From: an uncultured Planctomycetota bacterium
GTDB lineage: Bacteria; Planctomycetota; Planctomycetia; Isosphaerales; Isosphaeraceae
DNA length: 64,000 bases
Direction: 5' to 3'
Assembly: GCA_963737655.1 (NCBI GenBank)
Contig: CAVTTN010000002.1
Coordinates: forward strand, 5,408,001 to 5,472,000
The notes below the pieces were generated by a model. The model saw only the letters and a program-made list of their open reading frames with translations, did no database searches and was not told the DNA's origin. The translations under genes and the position numbers were made by a program. This document shows positions 45,197 through 55,636 of this stretch, piece after piece; positions within the stretch are counted from its first letter, which is position 1; each line of letters opens with the position of its first letter.

Positions 45197-45387
45197 CCCA
45201 GGAGCACCCCCATGCCGAGCGCCAGGCCCAGGGCCTGCGCGGGCTTCTCGACCGTGAATTTCTTCACGAATTCGCCGCCCAGCACGGCCTTCTCCCGGGC
45301 CGAGGCGGCGAATTCCATCGCCCTTTCCTTCACCTGATCGGCGACCGTCTCGGCGCCGACCTCCACGTCTCGGATGCGATCAATCAT
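45175..45387 (-). CDS. ElaB/YqjD(DUF883)-like protein
   Basis: EKPAQALGLALGMGVLLGWLTKRR C-terminus; overlaps next gene by 22 nt. Confidence 0.82.
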   Translation of the reverse strand: MIDRIRDVEVGAETVADQVKERAMEFAASAREKAVLGGEFVKKFTVEKPAQALGLALGMGVLLGWLTKRR

Positions 45388-45426
45388 CGCCGTGCCCCGC
45401 TGGGAAATGGGATGTTCCGGCCCCGG

Positions 45427-45957
45427 TCACCTCGGCCGGGAGCCTCCGGGCCGAGGTCCACCCTGCTGGGGAGGCATCCCCGGCCCCGCGAACCCGCCCG
45501 GGACGCCGAACCCCGGCGGACCGGCCGATTGCTGGGCCTGCTGCTGCTGGGCGATCCAGCTCTCCACGTAGGCCATCGCGTAATTCTGGGCCGCCTTGAG
45601 CAGGAACGGACTCAGCAGGGCGAACGCGCCGCCGATCAGGCCCTTTTTCTTCGGCTCGGCGGCCTTCGGCTTGATCGATTCGGAGGCGGCTTCCGCCTTC
45701 TCCCCGACCTCGGCCAGGACGGCCTCCGCCGCCTTCCTCGCCGTCTTCGAGACCGACCTCCGCCGCCTCGGGACGATCAGGAACCCGCCCACGAAGGCCA
45801 GGCCGAGCGCGGCGAACGGATAGAGGCGGACGTAATGTTTCCAGTCCGAGGCCGCTTCCGCCCCCGCCACCACGCCCTGCATGTCCTGATGGAGCCGCTG
45901 GCGGATCTGGGCCATGTTGCGGCGGATCTCATCCACATCGTCGGTCACCGTGGCCAC
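45427..45957 (-). CDS. DUF3618-like membrane protein
   Basis: GTG after GAGGA; DDVDEIRRNMAQIRQRL, DWKHYVRLYP, TM segment. Confidence 0.78.
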   Translation of the reverse strand: MATVTDDVDEIRRNMAQIRQRLHQDMQGVVAGAEAASDWKHYVRLYPFAALGLAFVGGFLIVPRRRRSVSKTARKAAEAVLAEVGEKAEAASESIKPKAAEPKKKGLIGGAFALLSPFLLKAAQNYAMAYVESWIAQQQQAQQSAGPPGFGVPGGFAGPGMPPQQGGPRPGGSRPR

Positions 45958-46015
45958 GGTCGCGTCCTCGTCGAGCCGGTTCGGGCCTCTAGGCCCTCTC
46001 TGGCGAGCCGTTCCA

Positions 46016-46032
46016 CGCAAGAGGCGTGCCGA
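46016..46032 (-). promoter_or_regulatory. Sigma-54 promoter of DUF3618/YqjD/YqjE/lipid-kinase operon
   Basis: Minus strand TCGGCAC-GCCTC-TTGCG, ~60 nt before GTG. Confidence 0.8.
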
Positions 46033-46162
46033 TCCGCCCCCATTCCCGGGCGGGAGGACCGGCCCGGACGCCCCCATTTCGCCTTGCTTCCGGCCAGTCG
46101 ATGGTTTAGCCTCTCTCCGACCGAGAGTTCGCATCCTATGGTCCGAGGGAAGGAGCCCTCCG

Positions 46163-47463
46163 ATGATCCTTTCATGGACTCGAACCGCCGAGCCCGCCCC
46201 CGACGGGGTGCCCGGGACCGAGGAGCCGTCGGCCGTCGAGGTCGTCCGGGCCGTCCTCCTGGCCCTGGCCTTCGTCGCCGCCACCCGCTTGCCCGTCGCC
46301 CGGCCCTCGGCCATGGAAATGGATGAGGTGGGCTACCTGGAGATGATCCGGGAAGCCGACTTCCCCAAGCATCACACCCTGTTCCTCGCCGGCGCCAAGA
46401 TGGTGGGGGAATGGGCCGGCGATCCCTACCGGGGGTTCGTCTTCCTGGACGTGGCCGTCAGCGGGCTGGCCCTGGCCGCCCTCTGGTGGTGGCTCCGCGC
46501 GATCGTCGCGCCCGGACGGCCCTGGGCGTGGCCCTGGTCGTCGGTTGCGGGCCGGTGTTCTGGGCCTATGGGGGGATGGCGGCGAATTATCCGGCCATCC
46601 CGCTCGTCGGCTCGGTCCTCCTGGGGATCGCCTGGAGAGGCCGGACCGACCCCCGCCCCTGGCATCCGTTCGTCGCGGCCGTCGTCCTGGCGATCGGGGC
46701 CGGCTATCGCCAGGACATCGGCACCTTCTGGCTCCCGGTCTTCCTCGTGATCCTCTGGCACCATCGATGGATGGAAGCCGCCCAGGCCCTCCTGTTGTTC
46801 GCCCTGATCAATTTCGCCTGGCTGATCCCGATGCTTCGCGATGCCGGGGGCTGGGCGCTCTATCGTCAAGAGACGTCGAAGTTTGCGTACAAATCGGGCT
46901 ACCTCAACTCGATCTGGCACCTCGGGCCGATCGACGCCACCCTCCGCTACGCGGTCAAGGCGGGGATGGCGCTGATCTGGACGCTCGGCCTCGGGCTCCT
47001 GTTCATCCCCCGGGGGCTGGCGAGGCTGAGGAACGTGGAGGGCGGCCGGACCCTGGGCGTCCTGATGCTCCTGGCCGTCATCCCGGCTCTGGGCATGCAT
47101 TTGCTCATTCACTTCGGAGTCGCCGGCTACGCCTTCCACTACGTCCCGGCCCTGGCCGCTCTGGTCGCGCTGGGGATCTGCGGGAAACGGGGGGATTGCG
47201 TCGGCCTTCGCCGCTCGATCGCCCTGGCCGTCTCGTCGGCGGCGTTGTTCCTGTTCTATCCGACCGACCTGAACCGAACCGACATGAGGGGGAATTTCGA
47301 CCTGGCGTTCGCGAGGCATACGCGGATCGGCCTGGCCACCCGGCCTCCGTTGCGCGACCCGGACGTCTGGAGAACCTACAACTCGCAACTCCTGCCCGGC
47401 AACGACCCTGCGAACCTGCCAACGGCCCCGAGGCGCTCGCTGGCCGAGCTTCTCCGGCGGTGA
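46163..47463 (+). CDS. Polytopic membrane protein, possibly GT-C glycosyltransferase; apparent -1 frameshift at ~46512
   Basis: AGGAG RBS; many hydrophobic segments; MDE after first TM; GYRQD. Confidence 0.7.
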
Positions 47464-47472
47464 GAGCCTGCC

Positions 47473-47557
47473 CGGGGTCGCATGCCCACGTCCTCGTGGG
47501 CATGTTTTTTCTCAACGGTTGTGTCCATGCCCACGAGGACGTGGGCATGCCACCCCG
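47473..47557. repeat. GGGTGGCA-family REPIN-like element
   Basis: 32-bp inverted arms (31/32) with CATGCCCAC-GTCCTC-GTGGGCATG; between convergent genes. Confidence 0.88.
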
Positions 47558-47565
47558 ACAGCCCG

Positions 47566-48837
47566 TTAGAACGGCGTGACGCTTCCGCCCGTGGCCGGCT
47601 TGGCCGGGGCCTTGGGGGCGGCGGCCTTCGTCGGGGCCGAGGCCCCGGCCTTGGTTCTCGCCCCAACTCCCTTGGTGGGCTGGTTATCGGGCGAGCCGAT
47701 CGGCGCGATCCGGCCGGTCGAGGGCCGGGCCGGGCCTCCGATCGGCGGGGAGACGTCCATCAAGGTCCCGGCGTTGCCGTTGACGGCCCCGGAGACCGCC
47801 GCCTCGCCGCTGAACCGGATCACCGTCCCGGCGATCAACGGCACGGACGACTCGACGATCACCGCGTCGCTGGGCAAGAACGCGCCCGAGACCTGGGTGC
47901 GCTCGAACCCGGCGTCTCCCAGGACCTTGACGGGCAGGTCCAGGATATTGCCATATCGGGCAATCTGGACCATGGCGCCGCCGCTCTCTGACTCCTTCAC
48001 GGCCCGGTTGGCCACGGCGGTGATCGGGGCCGTGGGGGTGAACGGTCCCCGGGCCCTCTGGCCCGGCTCCAGGGCCCCGTTGGGGTTGGGGATGATCGTC
48101 CAGGCCGCCGCCCAGGGCACCGCCAGCTCCCGGAGGGCCGCGTAGGTCTCCGGCAGGGGGACCAGCGACTGGACCTTCCCCGCCACCGGTTTGCCCTCGA
48201 CGATCAGCTCCAAGTCATTGCCGGGATTGACCGTCGTGCGATCGACCGGGACCAGAACCTTGAGGGTCGAGACGTCGGCGACCTCGGCGATGTTGATCCC
48301 CTTGGCCACGTACTGGCCGGGGGAGACCGGCGCGGCCATCAGCTTGCCGGCGAACGGGGCCCGGAGCGTGCAGCGCTCGAGCTCCAGCTTCGCCAGGTCG
48401 GCCCGGGCCCGGGCGGCCTCGACCCGGGCCAGGGCCACGGCCGATTTGGTCGGCGCGGCCTCGGCCTCCGCCTCCTTGACGTTCGCTTCGGCGATTCGGA
48501 GCTTGACCATCGCCTCGGATCGGTCCAGTTTGGCGATTTCGGCGCGGTCGCGGACGGCCGATCCGACCGGGATCGGCACGTCCTGGATGATCCCATCCAT
48601 CGGCGCCATCAGGATCACGCGCCGGCTCGGCTCCAGGACGACGGGGACGGCGTAGCGATCGGGGTAAATCAGGTCGATCTGGGCGGTTTCGACGGTGGCC
48701 TGGAGGGTCGGCGACGGCGAGCCGGCCGCCTTGCCGGCCGCTCCCGGGCCGGTCCCCGGCTGCGGGCCCTGGCCCCACGCCGCGACGCTCAACACGGCCG
48801 CCGCGGCCAGTCCCGACCCGATCGCTCGATAGCGCAT
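47566..48837 (-). CDS. Efflux RND-type periplasmic adaptor (membrane fusion) protein
   Basis: Signal peptide; APMDGII..VPIPVGS, coiled coil, TLRAPFAG..VSPGQYV, LEPGQ; GGAGG RBS. Confidence 0.88.
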   Translation of the reverse strand: MRYRAIGSGLAAAAVLSVAAWGQGPQPGTGPGAAGKAAGSPSPTLQATVETAQIDLIYPDRYAVPVVLEPSRRVILMAPMDGIIQDVPIPVGSAVRDRAEIAKLDRSEAMVKLRIAEANVKEAEAEAAPTKSAVALARVEAARARADLAKLELERCTLRAPFAGKLMAAPVSPGQYVAKGINIAEVADVSTLKVLVPVDRTTVNPGNDLELIVEGKPVAGKVQSLVPLPETYAALRELAVPWAAAWTIIPNPNGALEPGQRARGPFTPTAPITAVANRAVKESESGGAMVQIARYGNILDLPVKVLGDAGFERTQVSGAFLPSDAVIVESSVPLIAGTVIRFSGEAAVSGAVNGNAGTLMDVSPPIGGPARPSTGRIAPIGSPDNQPTKGVGARTKAGASAPTKAAAPKAPAKPATGGSVTPF

Positions 48838-49609
48838 GGCCCGCCTCCACCATCGGTCAAGAAGGAGAGGACAGCCGGCCCCGAACCGGTCGCCCGCTCG
48901 CCCCAACCTAATGCCGAGGGCCGCCCCGGTCAACCGTCGGGTCCGCCCCTCGCCCACGATCGGCCCCGGCGACGATCGGGGCCCGCCCGCTCGCCCATCC
49001 CTTCCCATACATCGCGACCGCCCCCGGCCCGTGATCGCCCGCCCCGACCGATTTTTCCCGGAGGCCCCCGCGTGAGTGACGCCGCGATGACACTCCGGGG
49101 CCTCGCGGAGGGTCGCGAAGTGTCCCGATTTCCGGACATTTTCGGGCCCGAGGCATGTAGGACTCCGACGAGGGAAGTCCCCGAAGGAAAACGCCTTGCG
49201 TCGCACCAATCGACGAATCATTGTATCGTCATGCGTACCATGGTACGAGCGAGTGGCACGCGGAAAACGCTTGTTTCTGGCTGTCCGGGCCACTTTTCGC
49301 GCGAAAAGTGTAGTGAACTTTCCTGGGATCGCCGGACTCGCATTTCTGGATCGAAAGTTGTTGAACGTGTGATCGATTTGGCGATTCTGGATCCCAATGG
49401 CGGGCCGGGCCGCGATCCGGCTTGCGTCGGGCCGTTGCTTTCTGTATACCCACGAACACCTGGGCGGGTTGCGGGAATCCCAATGCGCATTCCATATTCA
49501 TGGGCCATGATGCGTGTTCCCGGATTTCCCGCCGGCCGTCCGCCGCGATCGGTGCCGCCGCTCCTCGTGGCCTCGGGGACGGTGGGGACGAGGGTGATAC
49601 GGAGGGGAA

Positions 49610-50155
49610 ATGGCGCGATATGTTGCGTTCTTGAAGGGGATCAACGTCGGCGGCCGGCGGGTCAAGATGGAGAGGCTTCGGGGTCCGTTCGAGGAGCTGG
49701 GGTTCTCGTCGGTCTCGACGCTCCTGGCCAGCGGGAACGTGGTGTTCGAGGCCCCGGGAGACGATGCCCCGGCCCTGGAGGCGGCGATCGAGGGGCAGCT
49801 CAAGGCGTCCCTGGGGTTCGAGGTCGAGACGTTCGTGAGGACGGCCGAGGAGGTCGCGGCGGTGGCGGGTTCCCGGCCCTTCGGGGTCGAGGTCGTGGAG
49901 GGGCCGGGCGTGTCGGTCCAGGTGCTCTTCCTGCGGGTCGCCCCGGGCGAGGAGGCCGAGCGGGCCGTGATGGCGTGTCGGACCGATTGCGATGATTTCC
50001 GGGCGATCGGCCGCGAGCTGTTCTGGCTCCGCCGGGGTCGGGTGTCGGATTCCGAGGTCCCCTGGGCGATGCTGGGGCGCAAGGTCCTGGGTTCCGGGAC
50101 GATGAGGAACCTGGAGACGGTCCGCAAGCTCGCCAGGCCCGGGGCGTCCGCGTGA
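49610..50155 (+). CDS. DUF1697 domain-containing protein
   Basis: YVAFLKGINVGG, VSTLLASGNVVF, TMRN.ETVRKL. Confidence 0.93.
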   Translation: MARYVAFLKGINVGGRRVKMERLRGPFEELGFSSVSTLLASGNVVFEAPGDDAPALEAAIEGQLKASLGFEVETFVRTAEEVAAVAGSRPFGVEVVEGPGVSVQVLFLRVAPGEEAERAVMACRTDCDDFRAIGRELFWLRRGRVSDSEVPWAMLGRKVLGSGTMRNLETVRKLARPGASA

Positions 50156-50340
50156 GAGGAGCGGGCGGGGGCTCGGCCCGGCCCGGGATTCGGGTCCCGC
50201 CGGCGGGCGGAGATCGCGAGGGCGGGGGGGCGCCCTCCTTCTCTCCGAGGTTCCTCGGAGTTATCCTGATCGCCCGACCCTGGGCCCTCGGTTGTGTTGG
50301 GGCCGGGTCTCCCGTCCCTCTCTACGGATGAGGTGGTTTT

Positions 50341-51096
50341 GTGAAGAAGTTCCTCGGCGTGGCTCTGTTGATGGTCCCGGCGATGGCCCCGATCGGCGCC
50401 TCTCGGGCCGACGAGAAGGCGGCCATGGCCGTCCTGGACAAGGCGATCGCGGCGATGGGCGGCGAGGAGGCGCTGGCCAAGGCGAAGGTCCTCTCGTGGA
50501 AATCCAAGGGGACGATCACGATCATGGGGGACGAGAACCCGATCTCGACCACCGCGGTCGTCGAGGGCCTCACGCGTTACCGGGGCGAGTTCATGGGGGA
50601 ATTCAACGGCAACGAGATCAAGGGCGTGACCGTCCTGGACGGCGACAAGGCCTGGCGGAAGTTCGGCGACAACCTCATGGAGATCGAGGGAGACGGCCTG
50701 GAGCGCGAGAAGAGGACCGTCTACCTCCAGGTCGTCGCCGTCCTGCCCGGTGTCCTGAAGGAGAAGGGTTTCAAGGTCGACACGACCGACGACCAGAAGG
50801 TCGGCGACAAGCCGGCGGCGGCCCTGAAGGTGACCGGGCCCGAGGGCAAGACCTTCACGCTCGCCTTCGACAAGGAGACGGGCCTGCCGGTCAAGATGGT
50901 CGCCCAGGTCCCCGGCTTCGGCGGCGACGAGTATACCCAGGAGACGACCTTCTCCGACTACAAGGACTTCGGCGGGATCAAGAAGGCCACGAAGATCGAG
51001 AGCAAGCGCGACGGCGAGAAGTTCCTCGAAACGACGACGACCGACTTCAAGACGATGGACAAGGCGCCGGCCGACGCCTTCGCCAAGCCCGAGTGA
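50341..51096 (+). CDS. Secreted hypothetical protein (possibly LolA/lipoprotein-sorting-like fold)
   Basis: Signal peptide; VLDKAIAAMGGEEAL, FDKETGL, FSDYKDFGGIK. Confidence 0.85.
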   Translation: MKKFLGVALLMVPAMAPIGASRADEKAAMAVLDKAIAAMGGEEALAKAKVLSWKSKGTITIMGDENPISTTAVVEGLTRYRGEFMGEFNGNEIKGVTVLDGDKAWRKFGDNLMEIEGDGLEREKRTVYLQVVAVLPGVLKEKGFKVDTTDDQKVGDKPAAALKVTGPEGKTFTLAFDKETGLPVKMVAQVPGFGGDEYTQETTFSDYKDFGGIKKATKIESKRDGEKFLETTTTDFKTMDKAPADAFAKPE

Positions 51097-51217
51097 CGCC
51101 GACCGGGCGGGGCGTCGGCGCGAGAAATGCCCTCAGTCCCTGGCCGGTCGGGCGCGGTCCCCGAGGGCCGCGCCCCGCCCGGCCAGGCCCCTTCCCCGAG
51201 TTTCGGAGACATCCTCG

Positions 51218-52126
51218 ATGGGCATCCTCCGCGTCGTCGCGAGTCTGGCCGTGGTCGCGATCGTCGGGCCCGGGACGAGCCGGGCCCAGGTCGGCGGCAA
51301 CATCAACTTCGGCGGGGGCGGCGGCCGGGCCCGCGCCGAGGCCGCCGAGAAGGCCAAGCGCACCCTGGCCGAGACCGACCTCCCGCCGACGTCCACCAGC
51401 ATGTTCCTCGAGGCGAACGTGCTCATGAACGTGAAGGCCGACGAGTACGTGGTCGTCTTCGGGATCGCCCGGGACGGCGCGACGGCCGAGGAGTCCGCGA
51501 CGAAGATGGACGCGACGATCGCGGCGTTCTCCGAGGGGCTGCGGGCCCTGAAGGTCGCCGAGTCCGAGGTGTTCGTCGATTTCGTCGCCCAGGACAAGAT
51601 CTACGGGTTCGACATCGTGGGCGACGTGGCCACGGAGAAGTTCGTCGGCCTCGAATTGAAGAAGAACGTGTCGATCCGCTACAAGGAGCACGCCACGCTC
51701 GACCGGATCATCGCCGCGGCGAACAAGGCCGAGGTGTTCGACCTGGTCAAGGTCGATTACGTCGTCAAGGACGTGGAGGCGGTCCGCGACAAGCTCGCGG
51801 GGGAAGCCGCGAGGGTCCTCAAGAAGAAGGCCGAGAGGCACCAGAAGCTGCTCGGGATCACGCTCCGGCCGCCGGCCCAGGTGTTCGCCGAGCGGTCCTC
51901 GACCTATTTCCCCAGCCAGATGTATGATTCCTACGTCGCGCAGGAGGCCGAGCAGGTCATCGATCCCTCGTTCCGGCAGAGGCACACCGTCCACGGGCTC
52001 CGCAAGGGCCGGACGTTCTTCTTCAACGGCCTCGACGCCGGCGAATTCGACGCCGTGGTGAACCCCTCGCCCCTGGAACCGCCGGTCCAGTTCACGCTGT
52101 ACCTGAAGGTCAAATACGAACGGTGA
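51218..52126 (+). CDS. SIMPL (DUF541) domain-like protein
   Basis: Signal peptide; NVKADEY..VFGI, KKNVSIRY, KAE..KLLG pattern. Confidence 0.75.
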   Translation: MGILRVVASLAVVAIVGPGTSRAQVGGNINFGGGGGRARAEAAEKAKRTLAETDLPPTSTSMFLEANVLMNVKADEYVVVFGIARDGATAEESATKMDATIAAFSEGLRALKVAESEVFVDFVAQDKIYGFDIVGDVATEKFVGLELKKNVSIRYKEHATLDRIIAAANKAEVFDLVKVDYVVKDVEAVRDKLAGEAARVLKKKAERHQKLLGITLRPPAQVFAERSSTYFPSQMYDSYVAQEAEQVIDPSFRQRHTVHGLRKGRTFFFNGLDAGEFDAVVNPSPLEPPVQFTLYLKVKYER

Positions 52127-52150
52127 CCTCAAGGCTAGAAATGTGTTTCT

Positions 52151-52312
52151 GTAGGGTGCATGAAATGCACCAAGCCCGCGGCGGCCACCGGCCGCCCACC
52201 ACGCTCCTCATTCGGTTCGCCGGGACAACTTCGACGAGGGAAGCGAGACGAGGGAAGGAAAATGTGGGCGGCCGGTGGCCGCCTCGGGCTTGGTGCATTT
52301 CATGCACCCTAC
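52151..52312. repeat. GTAG-type REPIN (49-bp arms)
   Basis: 52151-52199 and 52264-52312 are inverted at 48/49; between convergent genes. Confidence 0.9.
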
Positions 52313-53817
52313 GAGGGATTGATCCTCACGGTGACGAGTCCCGGCCTGGGGCTTCGGATCGCCAGGACGTGGCCGACCGGGTCCCATCGCGTGGTGGCGT
52401 CGATCGGGTCCGTCGCGATCGGCGTCCCGGGCGGGAAGGCGGACGGGGGCAGGAAGACCTCGGTCTCGCCGAGTTCGGGTCGGTGGAACCAGGACATCAA
52501 GAGGGCATTCCCCCTCGGCGCACGGCCCTCGACGAACCGGAACGACCGAGGCTCGCCGGCGATCGCCCGGGGGAACGGCCTGGGCCGGAAGTTCGGCCGG
52601 ATCGCCCCGGAGGGCAGCGAGATGCTGAAATCCTCGCCGTTCCAGCCGTCCTTGAGGACCGGGTCCCAGTGGGGGGTGAGGTTCCACTGGGCGCCCGAGG
52701 CGAAGGTGTCGTCGAGCCTGTCGTAGAGGTAGGCGATGTAGTCCCCGCCGGCCTCCCCGGCGCCCGCCGGCGCGCCGAACTCGCTGACGAATAGCGGGAC
52801 GCACCATTCGTTCGCCTGCGCCCTCATGTGAGCGAACGCCAGGTCGATCGCGGCGTGGCCCCCGTGCCAGCCCTTGGTCAAGACCACCGACGGCTTGTAA
52901 TAATGGGGCGAGTAGACCGCCCCGGCGGACCCGGGCCGGGGGAGTTTGGTCCTCAGGCCGCAGTTCGTGGTGACGTGCCCCTCGACGAAGATCATCGCCG
53001 AGGGGTCCTCGGCGCGGATCGCGGCGGAGGCGTCGCGATACAGCGGGGCGAGCTCGGTCCTCTCGTCGCCCCACGGCTCGTTCAGGAGGTCATAGCCGAT
53101 CACCGACGGCTCGGAGGCGAACGCCCGGGCGACCGTCCTCACCATGATCAGGTAGCGGGTCCTCACGCCGAACGCATCGGAGAAGAAATCGTTGAAGGAC
53201 TTGTGGACGGCCAGGTCCGAGGCCATCTTGAGGGGCCAGTCGGCGCATTTCGGGCCGTTGTCCGGGGCGCTGGGACGGGCCCGGGGGCTCACGGCCCATC
53301 TCGGGAAGCCGTCGCCGCTGCCCCGGGCGGTGAACCGCGAGAAGCCGTCCTGGTGGAAGTCCAGGATCACGTAAAGGCCGCGGCGGCCGGCTTCGCTCAC
53401 GATCGATTTCAGGCGATCCAAATACGACCAATCATAAGAACCCCGGCACGGCTCGAGGGCCTCCCAGACCACCAGCAATCGCAGGCAGTTGAAGCCCAGG
53501 GCGGCGATCCGGTCGAGGTCGGCGGGGTCGTCCGAAGGGACGAACGGCGGGACCTTGGAATCTCCGGCGAGATTGATCCCCCGGAGCACGACCACGCGGC
53601 CCGAGGGGTCGAGGAAGTGCCGCCCGGAGGCGCGCAGGGCCGGCTTCGCGGCGATCGCCCGGGGGGCGTCCGCGACGTCGCGCCCTCGGGCGATCCGGGG
53701 AATGAAGGCCGAGGCGACCATCGCGGCGAGGGCCCGGCGGCGGCCGATCGGCGGCGAGGGCGTCCGTGCCGTCGTCGTCATCGTGGGGGGGACCGTCGAA
53801 TCCTGGACGGATCTCAT
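52309..53817 (-). CDS. Glycoside hydrolase family 5 (endoglycoceramidase-like), Tat-like signal
   Basis: GRVVVLRGIN, LGFNCLRL...WE..EP, ILDFHQD, GDGFP.W, YDLLNEP, SPHYY, FVSEFG. Start may be 53781. Confidence 0.92.
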   Translation of the reverse strand: MRSVQDSTVPPTMTTTARTPSPPIGRRRALAAMVASAFIPRIARGRDVADAPRAIAAKPALRASGRHFLDPSGRVVVLRGINLAGDSKVPPFVPSDDPADLDRIAALGFNCLRLLVVWEALEPCRGSYDWSYLDRLKSIVSEAGRRGLYVILDFHQDGFSRFTARGSGDGFPRWAVSPRARPSAPDNGPKCADWPLKMASDLAVHKSFNDFFSDAFGVRTRYLIMVRTVARAFASEPSVIGYDLLNEPWGDERTELAPLYRDASAAIRAEDPSAMIFVEGHVTTNCGLRTKLPRPGSAGAVYSPHYYKPSVVLTKGWHGGHAAIDLAFAHMRAQANEWCVPLFVSEFGAPAGAGEAGGDYIAYLYDRLDDTFASGAQWNLTPHWDPVLKDGWNGEDFSISLPSGAIRPNFRPRPFPRAIAGEPRSFRFVEGRAPRGNALLMSWFHRPELGETEVFLPPSAFPPGTPIATDPIDATTRWDPVGHVLAIRSPRPGLVTVRINPS

Positions 53818-54074
53818 CGGCGCGAGATCCGCTCACGCCACGGCCCTGTCATCGACCCGACGACGCCCGATGGATCAGCCTCCGGGCGAGGGATTCGGCC
53901 CGGATCGACGGCGCAATCGCTACAGGCGGACCGGTCAAGGGCCCCGATCCCCGGGCGGATTCGGCGGGCCCGACGGCGCTTGCACACCCCCACGGGCGAG
54001 GTTACGATCGCCGAAGTCCGAGGCGACCGACCTCCCCATCTCTCCCGGCCGGGCAAGAAAGGCGAAACCTCCCC

Positions 54075-55432
54075 ATGAGCAGCAACGACCTCTCGCGCCG
54101 CGACTTCGTCGGCGCCGTGGGCGCGACGGCCTCCGCGTCGGCCTTCCTCGCCAGTCCGACCCGATCCTCGGCCTCGCCCGCCGCCGACAAGGTCCGGCTC
54201 GCCCTGATCGGCGCCGGCAGCCGGGGCAACCAGCTCCTCGACCACTTCCTCGCCCGCGACGAGAGCGATTTCCTCTACGTGATCGACGTGGACGACAAGC
54301 ACGCCAGCGAGACCGCCGAACGGATCGCCAAGGCCAAGGGGAACAAGCCGAAGACCGGCAAGGACTACCGCGCCGCCCTCGACGACAAGTCCATCGACGC
54401 CGTGGTGATCGCCACGCCCGACCACTGGCACGCCATCCCCACCATCGACGCCTGCAAGGCCGGCAAGGACGTGTACGTCGAGAAGCCCGTGGCCCACAAC
54501 GTCGCCGAAGGGCAGGCGATGCTCAAGGCGGCGAGGAAGTACGACCGCGTCGTGGCCGTGGGCACCCAGCAGCGCTCCAGCGAGAACTTCCAGAAGGCCG
54601 TCGAGGCGGTGAAGTCCGGCAAGCTCGGCAAGGTCTTCTGGGTCCAGACCTGGAACTTCGAGAACATCAGCCCGGTGGGCATGGGCCGCTACCCCGACAC
54701 CGCCGCTCCCGAAGGGCTCGACTACGACCGCTGGCTCGGCCCCGCGCCAAGAGGCCGTACAACCCCAACCGCTGCCACCTCCTCTTCCGCTGGTTCTTCG
54801 ACTACGCCGGCGGGATGATGAGCGATTGGGGCGTCCACCTCAACGACATCGTCCTCTGGGCGCTCGACCAGAAAGGCCCGCAGTCCGTGACCGCCTCGGG
54901 CGGGATCCTCACCACCGACGACGACCGCGACACGCCCGACACCCTGCAAGTCGTGTACGACTTCCCCGGGTGCGAGCTCACGTACTCGATGAGGAAGGGC
55001 AACGGCCTGCCGTACAACGGCAAGAAGTACGGAATCCTCTTCTGCGGCACGGACGGGGCCCTGATGCTCGACCGCTCGGGCCACGAGATCATCCCCGACA
55101 CGGTCGACCTGCCTTATGGGATCAAGCTCGTCCACGGAGACCGCTCGGTCAGGAAGATCACCCTGGAGAAGTCCGAATTCAAGGCCAAGGACGACGGAGC
55201 CCCGGCCCACGTCGCGAACTTCTTCGAATGCCTCAAGAGCCGAAAGCGCCCCACCACGGACATCGAGATCGGCCACCGCTCCACGATCACCACGCACCTC
55301 GGCAACATCGCCTACAAGCTCGGCCGAAAGCTCAAGTGGGACCCCGAAACCGAGACCTTCCCCAACGACCGAGAGGCCAACGCCCTGCTGTCCCGGGAAG
55401 CCCGCAAGGGGTATGAATTGCCGGAGGTTTGA
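54075..55432 (+). CDS. Tat-exported Gfo/Idh/MocA oxidoreductase, apparent -1 frameshift at ~54746
   Basis: SRRDFV, IGAGSRG, IATPDHWH, DVYVEKP, VGTQQRS, GGMMSDWGVH; one added C restores GPAPKRPYN. Confidence 0.92.
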
Positions 55433-55513
55433 TCGCGGGTTGGCGAGAGGAACCGATTTTCCCCAACGGTTCGCGATCGTTAGCAGTCAGGGATTCATAG
55501 ACCCATATAGCCG

Positions 55514-55555
55514 TCTGTGGAAGCCCGGGAGGGCAACCTTCCCGGGCGACCCTGC
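55514..55555 (+). mobile_element. Group II intron 3'-end (domain VI)-like relic
   Basis: TCTGTGGAAGCCCGGGAGG-GCAA-CCTTCCCGGGC-GACCCTGC: GNRA-capped stem followed by GACCC; no RT or intact domain V seen. Confidence 0.45.
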
Positions 55556-55636
55556 CCCTTCCATCTCTGGATTTCCGCTCGTAGGCAAATGGTAATATCA
55601 ATCTCGTTGCGGACACTGAAGAGGCAAGTGCTGACA

